Numbered from the stretch's first letter, positions 50,564-60,245 are shown. The stretch is DNA of 64,000 bases from an uncultured Candidatus Rokubacteria bacterium (GCA_963708025.1 CAVPSB010000030.1:1-64000), one strand, 5' to 3'. Made by a program: numbers and translations. Notes: a model not told the origin generated them from the sequence alone.

Positions 50564-52644
50564 CACCGGACGGGCTCGTCAACCGGGAGATGTCCTGGCT
50601 GGAGTTCAACCGCCGGGTCCTGGAGGAGGCGCAGGACGAGAGCGTGCCGCTCCTGGAGCGGGTGAAGTTCCTGTCGATCTTCAGCTCGAACCTCGACGAA
50701 TTCTTCATGATCCGGGTGGCGGGGCTCAAGCGGCAGGTCCACGCCGGCGATCACGAGCGGGGATTGGATGGGCTGACCCCGGCCGAGGCCATGGCCGCCG
50801 TCGCGGTGCGCACGCACGAGCTGGCCGACGAGCAGCACCGTTGCTTCCTGGAGGACATCCAGCCCCGGCTCGCCGCCGAGGGGATCCGGATCCTCCGGCC
50901 CAAGGAGATCACCGAGGCGCAGCACGGGTTCCTCGACGGGTACTTCCGGCACACGCTGCTCCCGATCCTGACGCCGCTGGCGATCGACCCCGGGCATCCG
51001 TTCCCCTACCTCGGCAACCGCTCGCTGGTCCTGGTGGCCTCTATCCGGCCGGTGGCCGCCTCGGCCCTGCCCCGGACCACGCTGGCGGTCGTCCACATCC
51101 CCGGCCAGGTGGTGCCGCGCTTCGTCGCCCTCCCCGGGCCGGCCGGCCAGCACGCCTTCATGCTGCTGGAAGACGTGATCCGGCTGCACCTGCCGAGCCT
51201 GTATCACGGCTACGAGATCCTCTCCTGCCACGCCATCCGCGTGACGCGCGACGCCGAGATCGAGCTGCCGCGGGGCCGCATCCAGGACCTCATGACCAGC
51301 ATCGAGGAGAGTCTGCGGGAGCGGCGCATGGCGACGGCGGTGCGGCTGCAGTACGAGGCCGACCTGCCGGCGGGGGTGCTGGCGACCCTGGTTGACGAGC
51401 TGGAGCTGGGCCCCGAGGACTTGTACGAGGGCGAGGGGTTCGCGGCCTTTTCCGACCTCATGCAGCTCTACGCGGCGGTGGACCTCCCACGCCTCAAGGA
51501 CCGCCCGCTGCCGCCCCACCCGGTGCCGGCCTTCGAGGCGGCGCCCGATCTCTGGGCGGCCATCCGGGAGGGCGACGTCCTCGTCCACCACCCCTACCAG
51601 CCGTTCGACGCCGTGACACGCTTCGTCCGGGATGCCGCCGTCGATCCCCGGGTGCTGGCCATCAAGATGACGCTCTATCGGGTGAGCCCGACCTCCCCCA
51701 TCGCTCAGGCGCTCACGCTGGCCGCGGAGAAGGGCAAGGAGGTCGCGGTGCTCGTCGAGCTGCGGGCGCGCTTCGACGAGGAAGCCAACATCCGGTGGGC
51801 GCGGGCGCTGGAGGAGGTCGGCGCCCACGTCGTCTACGGCCTCGTCGGCTTCAAGACCCACTGCAAGGCGTGCCTGGTCGTCCGCCAGGACGCCGATGGG
51901 ATCCGCCGCTATTGCCACCTGGCGACGGGCAACTACAACGTCCGTACCGGCGGGCTCTACTCCGATCTCGGGCTCTTCACCTGCCGCGAGTCGTTCGGCG
52001 AGGACCTCACCGAGCTGTTCAATCTCCTCACGGGCTACACGCACCCCCGCGGCTTCAACCACCTCATCGTCGCGCCCTTCCAGCTCCGCGACGCCGTCAT
52101 CGAGCGCATCCGGCGGGAAGCCGAGCACGCGCGGGCCGGCCGGCCGGCCCGGCTCATCGCCAAGATGAACAGCCTGGTCGATGTCAAGCTCATCGAGGAG
52201 CTGTACGCGGCGAGCCAGGCCGGGGTCGAGACCGACCTGATCGTGCGGGGCATCTGCTGCCTGCGACCCGGGGTCCCCGGCCTCTCCGACCGGATCCGGG
52301 CCATCTCCATCATCGACCGCTTCCTCGAGCACGCGCGGATCTTCTACTTCGAGAACGACGGGACGCCCGAGTATCTCCTGGCGTCGGCCGACTGGATGCC
52401 CCGCAACCTCGACAAGCGGGTCGAGGTCGCCTTCCCGATCCTGGATCCCCGCCTGCAGGCGCAGATCCGGCAGATCCTGGACGTCCAGCTCGCGGACACG
52501 GTCAAGGCGCGGGAGATCCTGCCCGACGGGCGGTCGCGGCGGATCGCCCACGAGGGGAGCTCGCCGCTCCGGTCCCAGGAGCGGCTGTACGAGCTGGTCG
52601 GCGCCCTGGGCTCGGCTCCGGAGCGGCGGGTCACCGAAACGTAA
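50560..52644 (+). CDS. ppk1: Polyphosphate kinase 1
   Basis: NREMSWLEFNRRVL, NLDEFFMIRV, HHPY, ELRARFDE, KTHCK, RFLEHARI, SADWMPRNL. Confidence 0.97.
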   Translation: MTPDGLVNREMSWLEFNRRVLEEAQDESVPLLERVKFLSIFSSNLDEFFMIRVAGLKRQVHAGDHERGLDGLTPAEAMAAVAVRTHELADEQHRCFLEDIQPRLAAEGIRILRPKEITEAQHGFLDGYFRHTLLPILTPLAIDPGHPFPYLGNRSLVLVASIRPVAASALPRTTLAVVHIPGQVVPRFVALPGPAGQHAFMLLEDVIRLHLPSLYHGYEILSCHAIRVTRDAEIELPRGRIQDLMTSIEESLRERRMATAVRLQYEADLPAGVLATLVDELELGPEDLYEGEGFAAFSDLMQLYAAVDLPRLKDRPLPPHPVPAFEAAPDLWAAIREGDVLVHHPYQPFDAVTRFVRDAAVDPRVLAIKMTLYRVSPTSPIAQALTLAAEKGKEVAVLVELRARFDEEANIRWARALEEVGAHVVYGLVGFKTHCKACLVVRQDADGIRRYCHLATGNYNVRTGGLYSDLGLFTCRESFGEDLTELFNLLTGYTHPRGFNHLIVAPFQLRDAVIERIRREAEHARAGRPARLIAKMNSLVDVKLIEELYAASQAGVETDLIVRGICCLRPGVPGLSDRIRAISIIDRFLEHARIFYFENDGTPEYLLASADWMPRNLDKRVEVAFPILDPRLQAQIRQILDVQLADTVKAREILPDGRSRRIAHEGSSPLRSQERLYELVGALGSAPERRVTET

Positions 52645-52683
52645 CCGACGCGTCATCAAACCGCAACACGCCCGGTCTAAGGT
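52630..52683 (+). promoter_or_regulatory. Pho-box-like promoter C
   Basis: GTCAC 52630, GTAAC 52641, GTCAT 52652, GCAAC 52663, then 10 nt, then TAAGGT. Confidence 0.7.
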
Positions 52684-52692
52684 CGGAGCGTC

Positions 52693-52911
52693 ATGACCAC
52701 GGTCGGGCAGTCGCTGCAGCAGCTCGTCCTGTTCGGGCTCTTCGTCCTCGTCTTCCTGGGCTCGACCCAGCTCTTCCTCGCCTACCGCTGGCGGCGGGCG
52801 CTCGACCGGGACGAGGCGCGGGCATACGTCCCCCACGCCGACCCGTGGCTGCCGGCCCTGCTGACCCTGATCGGGGCCGGCTGGACCCTCCTGCTGTACG
52901 TCCTCCGCTAG
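52693..52911 (+). CDS. Small two-TM hypothetical protein (72 aa)
   Basis: Two hydrophobic helices; directly behind promoter C. Confidence 0.65.
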   Translation: MTTVGQSLQQLVLFGLFVLVFLGSTQLFLAYRWRRALDRDEARAYVPHADPWLPALLTLIGAGWTLLLYVLR

Positions 52912-52916
52912 ATCCT

Positions 52917-52985
52917 TTGGGGGGTCTCGGAAGACTCCTCCGATGTCCCCGCGTCGTGGGGGCGGCGAAGCCGCCGCCGCTCGGA
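52917..52985. repeat. Degenerate third copy of the REP-like repeat
   Basis: GGGGGGTCTCGGAAGACTCCTCCGA...GCGGCGAAGCCGC, a few nt after a stop codon, same orientation relative to the gene as copies 1 and 2. Confidence 0.55.
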
Positions 52986-53108
52986 CGGTCGTCGTGGCCC
53001 ACACGTTGCACTGCACGCGACAGGACATGCTCCGACGAGCTCCTAACTCGCGCGTCGCGACTGGCCCCGGCGGGCCGCAGTGTCGCATCGGCAGAGTCCG
53101 CCGTGACC

Positions 53109-53153
53109 GTAACAGTTTCGTAACTGGAAACCGCTCGTCCGGGCTCCTACACT
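53109..53153 (+). promoter_or_regulatory. Possible Pho-box-like promoter D (fez-like trio)
   Basis: GTAAC 53109 and GTAAC 53120 (11-bp period); TACACT 53148-53153, with spacing different from A/C/E/F. Confidence 0.45.
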
Positions 53154-53248
53154 GACCGCGAGTGCCGTGCGCGACGCCGCCGGAGTCGCCGTTCGGCGGC
53201 ACGCGCATCCGATCGGATCACCACATCGCATGTCGGAGGGCTTCCCAG

Positions 53249-53548
53249 ATGGGGTTTCATCCTCTGTCTTTCTTTCTCGGTCTCGGTGCGGCCGCCGCGA
53301 TGCCGCTGCTGACTCGCGTGTTCCGTCCCGCCGCGGTCCAGATCGCGGTGGCCGGCATGGGCGTGTTCGACGAGGTCCGTCGGGTCCTCGCCGAGCAATT
53401 CGAGGCCATGGAAGACATCGCCGCCGAGGCACGGGCCAAGCGTGAAGAGAGCCTGGCCGAGGCCGCGATGGAACCGTCGAACGGCTCAGAGGCCGAGGCG
53501 GCGGTCGGACGCCCGAGTCGGCGGCCCCGGAGGCAGCGGACCGCATAG
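53249..53548 (+). CDS. FezA/DUF5132-like small protein (hydrophobic Gly/Ala N-terminus + amphipathic helix)
   Basis: MGFHPLSFFLGLGAAAAMPLL..FRPAAV...EAMEDIAAEARA; GGAGG RBS; upstream of a P1B ATPase. Confidence 0.7.
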   Translation: MGFHPLSFFLGLGAAAAMPLLTRVFRPAAVQIAVAGMGVFDEVRRVLAEQFEAMEDIAAEARAKREESLAEAAMEPSNGSEAEAAVGRPSRRPRRQRTA

Positions 53549-53550
53549 CC

Positions 53551-54051
53551 GTGGCGACCCTCCAGGTCGCCCACGACATTCCCGGGAGACTCCGCCTCCG
53601 CCTGCGCGCGGCCGTCGAGGGGGACAGCCTGGCGGCGGCGATGCGCGAGCATCCCGGCGTGACGGACTGCGTGTGGGCGGCCCGCACCGGGAGCCTGCTC
53701 CTCCACTACCGTCCGCAGGTGACGAGCGGGACGCTCCTCCGCGACGCCGTGGCGGCCCGAACCGGTCTGTCGCCGGCCGGCCCGGACGGCGCACCGGCGA
53801 CCAGCGCCCGGAACGGCGAGCCGCCCCAGCTGGCCACTGCCATCACCCAGGGCATGACCGACCTGAACGCTCAGGTGACGCAGGTGACGGGTGGCGCGCT
53901 CGATCTCCGCACGCTCCTGCCGCTCGCGCTGGGGGCATGGGCGCTCGCCGAGATCTTCCGGGGGCGGGCCGGACCGATGGCCTGGTCAACGGCCCTCTGG
54001 TACGCCCATGGCCTGTTCCGCGACTACAACCTGCCCGGCGGCGAGCGGTAG
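53551..54051 (+). CDS. HMA2 (FezC/CoBaHMA-like) domain protein with C-terminal membrane segment
   Basis: AHDIPGRLRLR...ARTGSLLLHY, no CxxC; DLRTLLPLALGAWAL...WSTALWYA. Confidence 0.75.
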   Translation: MATLQVAHDIPGRLRLRLRAAVEGDSLAAAMREHPGVTDCVWAARTGSLLLHYRPQVTSGTLLRDAVAARTGLSPAGPDGAPATSARNGEPPQLATAITQGMTDLNAQVTQVTGGALDLRTLLPLALGAWALAEIFRGRAGPMAWSTALWYAHGLFRDYNLPGGER

Positions 54052-54055
54052 CGCC

Positions 54056-56189
54056 GTGACGGGCCGGGTCGCCCACTCGGTCCGGGGTCGGCTCCGGCTC
54101 CGGTATCCGCCCGATTGGCTGCGGCCGCGCCAGGCCGCGATCGAGGGCGAGCTGGCCCGCGTCCCCGGGGTGCGTGGGGTCACCGCGAGCGGCGTCACGG
54201 GCAGCGTCGTGGTCAGATACGACCCGGCCCGCACCGCCGAGCAGGTCCTGGTCAACACGCTGTCCGCGATGCACGGGGGATCCCCCCCCGCCGCGCCGAC
54301 CTCGAACGGAAGGCACACGGTCACGGCGGCCGTCGGGACTCACGCCGCCCCTGCTCCCGTTCCTGGCCGCCAGCGGCATGTTCGCGGCGACCTTCCTGCC
54401 GCTCCCTGGCCCTGTCCTGGCGGGACTCACCCTCGGCTCGGGCTGGCCACTCATCCGGCGCGCGGGGCGAACCCTGGCGCGGGACGGTCGCCTCAACGTC
54501 GAGGTGCTCGACGCGGCGACGCTCGTCGTGCTCGCCATCCGCGGCAACTACCGCGCGGCCGCCCTGCTCGTGTGGCTCCTGTCGGCCGGCCAGTACGTCC
54601 TGGACAGCACCGTCGTCCGGATCCGCCGGTCCATCCGCGACCTCCTGGCTTCCCCGGCCGATCCGGTCTGGCGCGAAGACGGCGGAGAGCGCACGCAGGT
54701 CCCGATCGGCGCGGTCCAGGCGGGCGACACGATCGTGCTGGCCACGGGAGAGCGGGTCCCGGTGGACGGCACCGTCGTCCACGGCGAGGCGCTGATCGAC
54801 CAGCAGCGGGTCACGGGGGAGGGTCTGCCGGTCGAGCGGGTGGCCGGTGACCGCGTGTACGCCTCGACGATGGTCGAGGACGGCGAGATCGCCGTCCGAG
54901 TCGAGCGGGTCGGCATGGAGACCTCCGTCGGCCGGATCATCGAGGCGGTCGAAGGGGCGGAAGGCGAGAAGCCCGAGCTCCAGCTCTTCGCCGAGGAGCT
55001 GGCCGACCGGCTGGTGCTGCAGACGGTCGGCCTGGCGGCGCTGGCATCCGCGGCGACACGGAGCCTCGATACCGGGATCGCCATCCTCGTCGCCGACTAC
55101 GGAACACCCGTGCGGGTCGCGATTCCCACTGCCGCCATGGCGGCGCGGATCCGCGCCGCGCGCGCCGGCATCCTGTTGAAGGGGCCCGGCGTCCTCGAGC
55201 GGCTGGCCCGGGTCAACACGGTCGTCTTCGACAAGACGGGAACCCTCACCCTCGGCGCGCCACAGGTCACCCGCGTGGCGAGCTACGACCCCGCGCTCGA
55301 TCCGGACGAGATCGTCCGCCTGGCGGCCGCCGCCGAGCGGGGATTCCGGCATCCGGTGGCCCGAGCCATCGTGCGGCTCGCCACCGAGCGGCGACTGCCC
55401 GTCCCCCGGCGGACGGAGACCGAGCTCCGGATGGGTCTCGGCGTCGGCGTCCGGGCCGACGGCCGCCACGTCCTCGTGGGCAGCCGGCGCTTCATGGAGT
55501 CGCACGGCGTCCGGCTGGACCGGGCGGCGGATGACGAGGCGGCCAGCCACCGGGATGGCGGCGCCCCGACCTTCGTCGCGGTGGACGGCCAGCTGGCCGG
55601 GCTCCTCCGGCTGCAGGACGAGCTGCGGCCCGAGGCGCCGGACGCCGTGCTCGCGCTCCGGGCCCGCCGGATGCGGAACGTGATCATGGTCTCCGGCGAC
55701 CACGCCGAGCCGACGCGGGTCATCGCCGAGTCCCTCGGCGTCCGGCACTACTACCCGGACCTCCTCCCCGACGAGAAGGCCGAGCTCATCCGGAAGCTTC
55801 GCGCCGAGGGTCGGGTCGTCGCGATGGTGGGCGACGGCGTGAACGACGCCCTGGCCCTCCACCAGGCCGACGTCGGGATCGCCGTGCCGGGAGGCGCCGA
55901 GGTCGTGGCCGAGGCGGCCGGCGTCGTCCTCCTGGGGGGCGGCCTGGACAAGGTCGTCCAGGGTCTCGACATCGCCCGGGAGACCATGGTCGTGTTCCGG
56001 CGGGTCGTGGACGTCGCAGCCCAGGTGAATCTCGGCGTGATCGGCCTGGCGTCGGTGGGCCTGGCGGGCCCGGTCACCTCGATCCTCCTGAGCAACGGAG
56101 CGGTCGTCGGGGTGGCGCTCTACACGCTGATTGGAGCCCCGTCCGTGGGCAATGCCGGGCCGGACCGGGCCCGGGCGGGGTCACGGTGA
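54056..56189 (+). CDS. P1B-type ATPase (P1B-6/FezB-like) with N-terminal HMA2 domain, frameshift near 54340
   Basis: AHSVRGRLRLR, LNVEVLDA, TGE, ADYGTP, DKTGTLT, HP, MVGDGVNDA. Confidence 0.85.
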
Positions 56190-56233
56190 CGTCAACTATT
56201 CGTCATCGTCCCGTCACGCCTATCCCTTATCCT
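56180..56233 (+). promoter_or_regulatory. Pho-box-like promoter E
   Basis: GTCAC 56180, GTCAA 56191, GTCAT 56202, GTCAC 56213, then 10 nt, then TATCCT. Confidence 0.75.
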
Positions 56234-56276
56234 GTCGTGCAGGAAGGATACCCTTGGCAAAGGGGGGCCTGCCTGT

Positions 56277-56429
56277 ATGATTGCGCAGCTGCTGATGGGC
56301 TTCGTCACGGACGTGCTCTTCGGCTGGGTCTCGTCGGGCGGCCGGTCGTTCCAGGCCGAGGTCACGCAGTACATGGAGCGCCGGGGTCTCGTCAACCCGC
56401 GGGAGGTGAAGAAGAGCACCACCCGGTAG
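56277..56429 (+). CDS. 50-aa small ORF, not in the ORF track
   Basis: MIAQLLMGFVTDVLFGWVSSGGRSFQAEVTQYMERRGLVNPREVKKSTTR; AAAGGGGG upstream; GC3-rich codons. Confidence 0.55.
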   Translation: MIAQLLMGFVTDVLFGWVSSGGRSFQAEVTQYMERRGLVNPREVKKSTTR

Positions 56430-56495
56430 TCCTCGGCCCCGCCCCTCGCCCGCCCTCGCCGTAAGCCAGGCTGAGTCGCCTCGCCTCAGCATCGC

Positions 56496-59490
56496 ATGTC
56501 CGCCCCATCTCCTGTCCGACCCGCCGGAGGCACCGCCCCGGTGACAGCTCTCTGCGTCGCCGTCCCCGGGCGCGCCCGGCTCCGTGTCGAACGGGTTGCG
56601 AAACGGGAGTGCGGTCGCCCGGCAGCTCGAGACTCGCCTCCATGGTCATCAGGCGATTGCCGCCGTTCAGGCGAACCCGCTCACCGGCAACCTGCTCGTC
56701 CTGTTCGACCCGGCCCGGCTGACCGTGCGGGAGCTGATCGCCGAGGTCGTGCGATCCCGGGCTCCGGCGCGTCGCCGCCGCAACGGGCGAGGCGGCCGCG
56801 TCACGGCCCCGCGGTCGGCGCCGCCCGACGGGCCGGCGTGGCATGCCCTGCCCGCCCGCGCGGTCGTCAGGGAGCTGGAGGTCGCCCCCGACACCGGCCT
56901 GTCGGGCGTCGAGGCGGAGCGGCGGCTGGCCACGGTGGGACCGAACCGCCTGCCGGCGCCCGAGCCCCGGTCGGCGCTGGCCACGCTGTGGGACCAGGTG
57001 GCCTCGCTGCCGGTCGGGCTCCTCGCCGGAGCCGCGGCGCTCTCCCTCGCCGGCGGCGCCGTGTTCGACGCCCTCGTCATCCTGGGCGTGGTCGGGATCA
57101 ACGCGGCGGTCGGCTACGTCACCGAGCGCCGGGTGGATCGCATCCTCGGCGGCCTGCGGAATGCGACGGTGCCGACGGCGCTCGTCCGCCGCGATGGGAA
57201 GGAGACCTTCCTGCCGGCGGCGGCCCTCGTCCCCGGCGACGTCGTCGTCCTCCAGGCCGGCTACGACGTGCCCGCCGACGGTCGCGTGATCGCGGCCGAC
57301 CGGCTCGCGCTCGACGAATCGGCGCTGACCGGTGAGAGCCTGCCGGTGCCGAAGGCGGCCGGCACGGTCTACGCCCCGGAGACACTCCTCGCCGACCGGG
57401 CGAACATGGTCTACTCGGGCACCAGTGTCGCCGAGGGCTCGGGCCTGGCTCTCGTCACCGGCACCGGCGTCGCCACCGAGATGGGACGCATCCGCCAGCT
57501 CATCGCCGCGGCGGTGGCGCCTCCGACTCCACTCGAGCGCGAGCTGGACCGGATGGGCCGCCGGCTGGTCGGCCTCTGCCTCGGGCTTTCCAGCGTCGCG
57601 CTGGGGCTCGGGCTGCTCCGGGGTGTGGCGGCCCTCGAGATGCTGCGGACCTCGATCTCCCTCGCGGTGGCGGCGGTGCCCGAGGGCCTGCCGGCCGTCG
57701 CGACCACCACCCTGGCGCTCGGCATGCAGCGCATGCTGCGCCGCAACGCGCTCATCCGGCGTCTCTCCGCCGTGGAGAGCCTCGGCGCCACGACCGTCAT
57801 CTGCGTCGACAAGACGGGCACGCTCACCGAGAACCGGATGAGCGTGCACGCCTGGCACCTGGGCGGGAGCGATCTCGTCGTGAACGGCCGCGCGGCCGAG
57901 CTGTCCGACCCGCGACTCCGCTGGGCGCACATGATCGGCGTGCTGTGCAACGAGGCGGACCTGACCCGGCAGCAGGGCGGAGGCTGGGAGGTGAACGGCA
58001 GCGGCACCGAGGGCGCGCTGCTGGCCGCCGCCCGGCAAGCGGGGCTCGACTACCGGCGCCTGCGGGAGGATCACCCGCTGGTGAGCCTGCGCCCTCGGCT
58101 CGCGGACGAGAACTGGATGGCGACGGTTCACGAGGCCGGGCCCGGTCGCCGGCTGATGATGGTCAAGGGGGCACCGGAGGAGGTCGTGCGGCTCTGCGCC
58201 CGACGCCTCGACGGGGCCACCGCGCCGGGCCTGGACGACGACGCCCGGCGCAGCATCCTGGAGGCGAACGCCGCCCTGGCGAACCAGGGCATGCGCGTGC
58301 TCGGGCTCGCGTTCAAGGAGATCCCGGCCGCGGCGAGCCCGAGCTACGACGACCTCGCGTGGGTCGGGCTGGTCGGACTCCGGGATCCGATTCGCGAGGG
58401 CGTGCGCGAGGCGATCGCGGCCTGCCAGCGGGCGGGCATCCGCACCATCATGATCACCGGCGACCAGAGCCTCACCGCCCTGGCCGTTGCCCGCGAGCTC
58501 GACCTCGTGCGCAACGGACAGATGCGGGTGGTGGAGGCCTCGCAGCTCGGCGGGGCGTCGGAGGCCGCCGTGCGGAATTTCGCGCGGGACGTGGCGGTCT
58601 TCGCCCGCGTCTCGCCGGCCCACAAGTACCAGATCGTCCGGGCGCTCCAGGCCGAGGGCGAGATCGTCGCCATGACCGGTGACGGCATCAACGACGCGCC
58701 CGCCCTGAAGGCAGCCGACATCGGGGTGGCGATGGGCGCCCGGGGGACCCAGGTCGCCCGGGACCTGGCCGACGTCGTGCTGCTCGACGACAATTTCGGC
58801 TCCATCGTCGGCGCCGTGGAGCAGGGCCGGACGATCCACGCCAACGTCGGCAAGGCGCTCCGCTTCCTCCTGGCGACCAACTTCAGCGAGATCCTGGTGA
58901 CCATCGGCGCGCTGGCGCTCGGGATCGCCCGTCCGCTGACGGCCATCCAGCTCCTCTGGATCAACCTGCTCTCCGACGTGGTGCCGGCGCTGGCGCTCGC
59001 CGTGGAGCCGGCGGAGCCCGACATCATGGCGCGGCCGCCCCGGGATCCGGCGGCGCCGGTCCTGTCCGGGGATGCCCTCCTCCGGATCGCCGGCGACGGC
59101 GCGCTGCTCTCGGCCACGACGCTCGGCGCGTACGGCGCGGCACTGGCCCGCCACGGCGCGGGCCCTCAGGCCGCCAGCGTGGCGTTCGCCACCCTGGCCT
59201 CGGGCCAGCTCCTGTACGCGCTCACCTGCCGCTCCGAGCACCGGCCCGCGGTCACGGGCCTCCATCGGAGCCCCGCGCTGCTCGGTGCGGTGGGCGGCAC
59301 CGTGGCCCTCCAGGTCGCCGCGGTCGCCGTCCCGTCGCTGCGACGTCTCTTGGGGATCGCGCCCCTCGGACCGGGTGATTGGGGCCTGGTGGCGGCCGGG
59401 GCGGCGCTTCCGCTCCTGGTGACGGAGGTAACCAAGGCGCTCCGCGCCCGGCCGGTGTTGACCGCCGAGCCGACGAGAAGGAGGCGATGA
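56496..59490 (+). CDS. P2A-type (Ca2+-like) cation ATPase with N-terminal HMA2-like domain, frameshift near 56590
   Basis: VPGRARLRV...ANPLTGNLLVLFDP; TGES, VPEGL, DKTGTLT, KGAPE, TGDGINDAPAL, NFSE, QLLWINLLSD. Confidence 0.9.
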
Positions 59491-60096
59491 ATGGCGACCA
59501 AGCGAGAGGACCAGTCGCGGGAGACCACGCAGGACGGCGGCGCGATGCACCGCGCCATCCGCGGCACCATCACCGGCAGCGAGATCATCTCGGTGGGGGT
59601 GCTCAACCTGGTGCGGAGCACGCTCGTGACCGCGCTGTCCGGCGCCCGGGACGTCGGAAGCGAGGTGGGGATCACCGCGGTGGCGACCGTCCGCGGGACC
59701 ATCAAAGCCGCCCACGAGATCGGCGGCGACCTCGGCATGGTGGCCCAGTCCGCCGCTCGCGGCGCGGTCCGGGCCGCCCAGGAGGTTGGCGGCGACGTAG
59801 CCGGCGCGGCCCGCCGGGCAGTCGAGGGCACGATCGAGGCAGCGCGCGAGATCGGCGGCGACGTGGTCGGCGCGGCCCGCAAGGCCGCCGAGGGCGCGAT
59901 CGACGCCGCCGACCGGATCGGCTCGGCCACCGGCCGAGCAGTGCGACGGACGGTCGGCGTGGCGGTGCGGCAGGCCCGGGGGGTCAGGCCCGCCCGGGCG
60001 ACGCGAAAGCAGGCGCTCCGCGCGCGGCCGGTGCGACTCCGCCGCCCCGGGCGCCCGCGGCCGAAGGGCGGTGGGAGGGGGGCGAGGGCAGAATAG
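59491..60096 (+). CDS. 22-residue amphipathic-repeat protein with Arg-rich tail
   Basis: About five units such as RRAVEGTIEAAREIGGDVVGAA; AGGAGG RBS; abuts the ATPase stop. Confidence 0.8.
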   Translation: MATKREDQSRETTQDGGAMHRAIRGTITGSEIISVGVLNLVRSTLVTALSGARDVGSEVGITAVATVRGTIKAAHEIGGDLGMVAQSAARGAVRAAQEVGGDVAGAARRAVEGTIEAAREIGGDVVGAARKAAEGAIDAADRIGSATGRAVRRTVGVAVRQARGVRPARATRKQALRARPVRLRRPGRPRPKGGGRGARAE

Positions 60097-60101
60097 GGCC
60101 G

Positions 60102-60245
60102 CTAGCCGGACTCGAAGCCGTTGCGCAGAGGGGTGGACATGTCGGTCACCCCCCACACGTTGCCATGCCGGTAGAAGGCGAGGTTCTCGACGGCGGGGAA
60201 GCCCGCCCCACCCTCCGAGCCGGCCTCGCCGCGCCCGACCGGTAA
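60102..60245 (-). pseudogene. Fragment of a PhoX-type alkaline phosphatase
   Basis: GEAGSEGGAGFPAVENLAFYRHGNVWGVTDMST resembles the PhoX GF..DNL.FD..GN.W..TD segment; no start codon. Confidence 0.6.

Noticed and set aside
300-56600. A dozen or more frameshifted genes as mass pseudogenisation or programmed frameshifting
   Set aside because: Single-base indels are scattered over unrelated genes with otherwise intact motifs and no in-frame stops. This pattern is typical of unpolished long-read assembly; it needs a read check.
59620-59940. CRISPR or tandem DNA array
   Set aside because: The 66-bp periodicity is degenerate and protein-coding; no identical repeats with unique spacers and no cas genes
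53249-60096. Magnetosome island
   Set aside because: No recognisable core mam genes (MamA/B/E/K/M/Q) in the window
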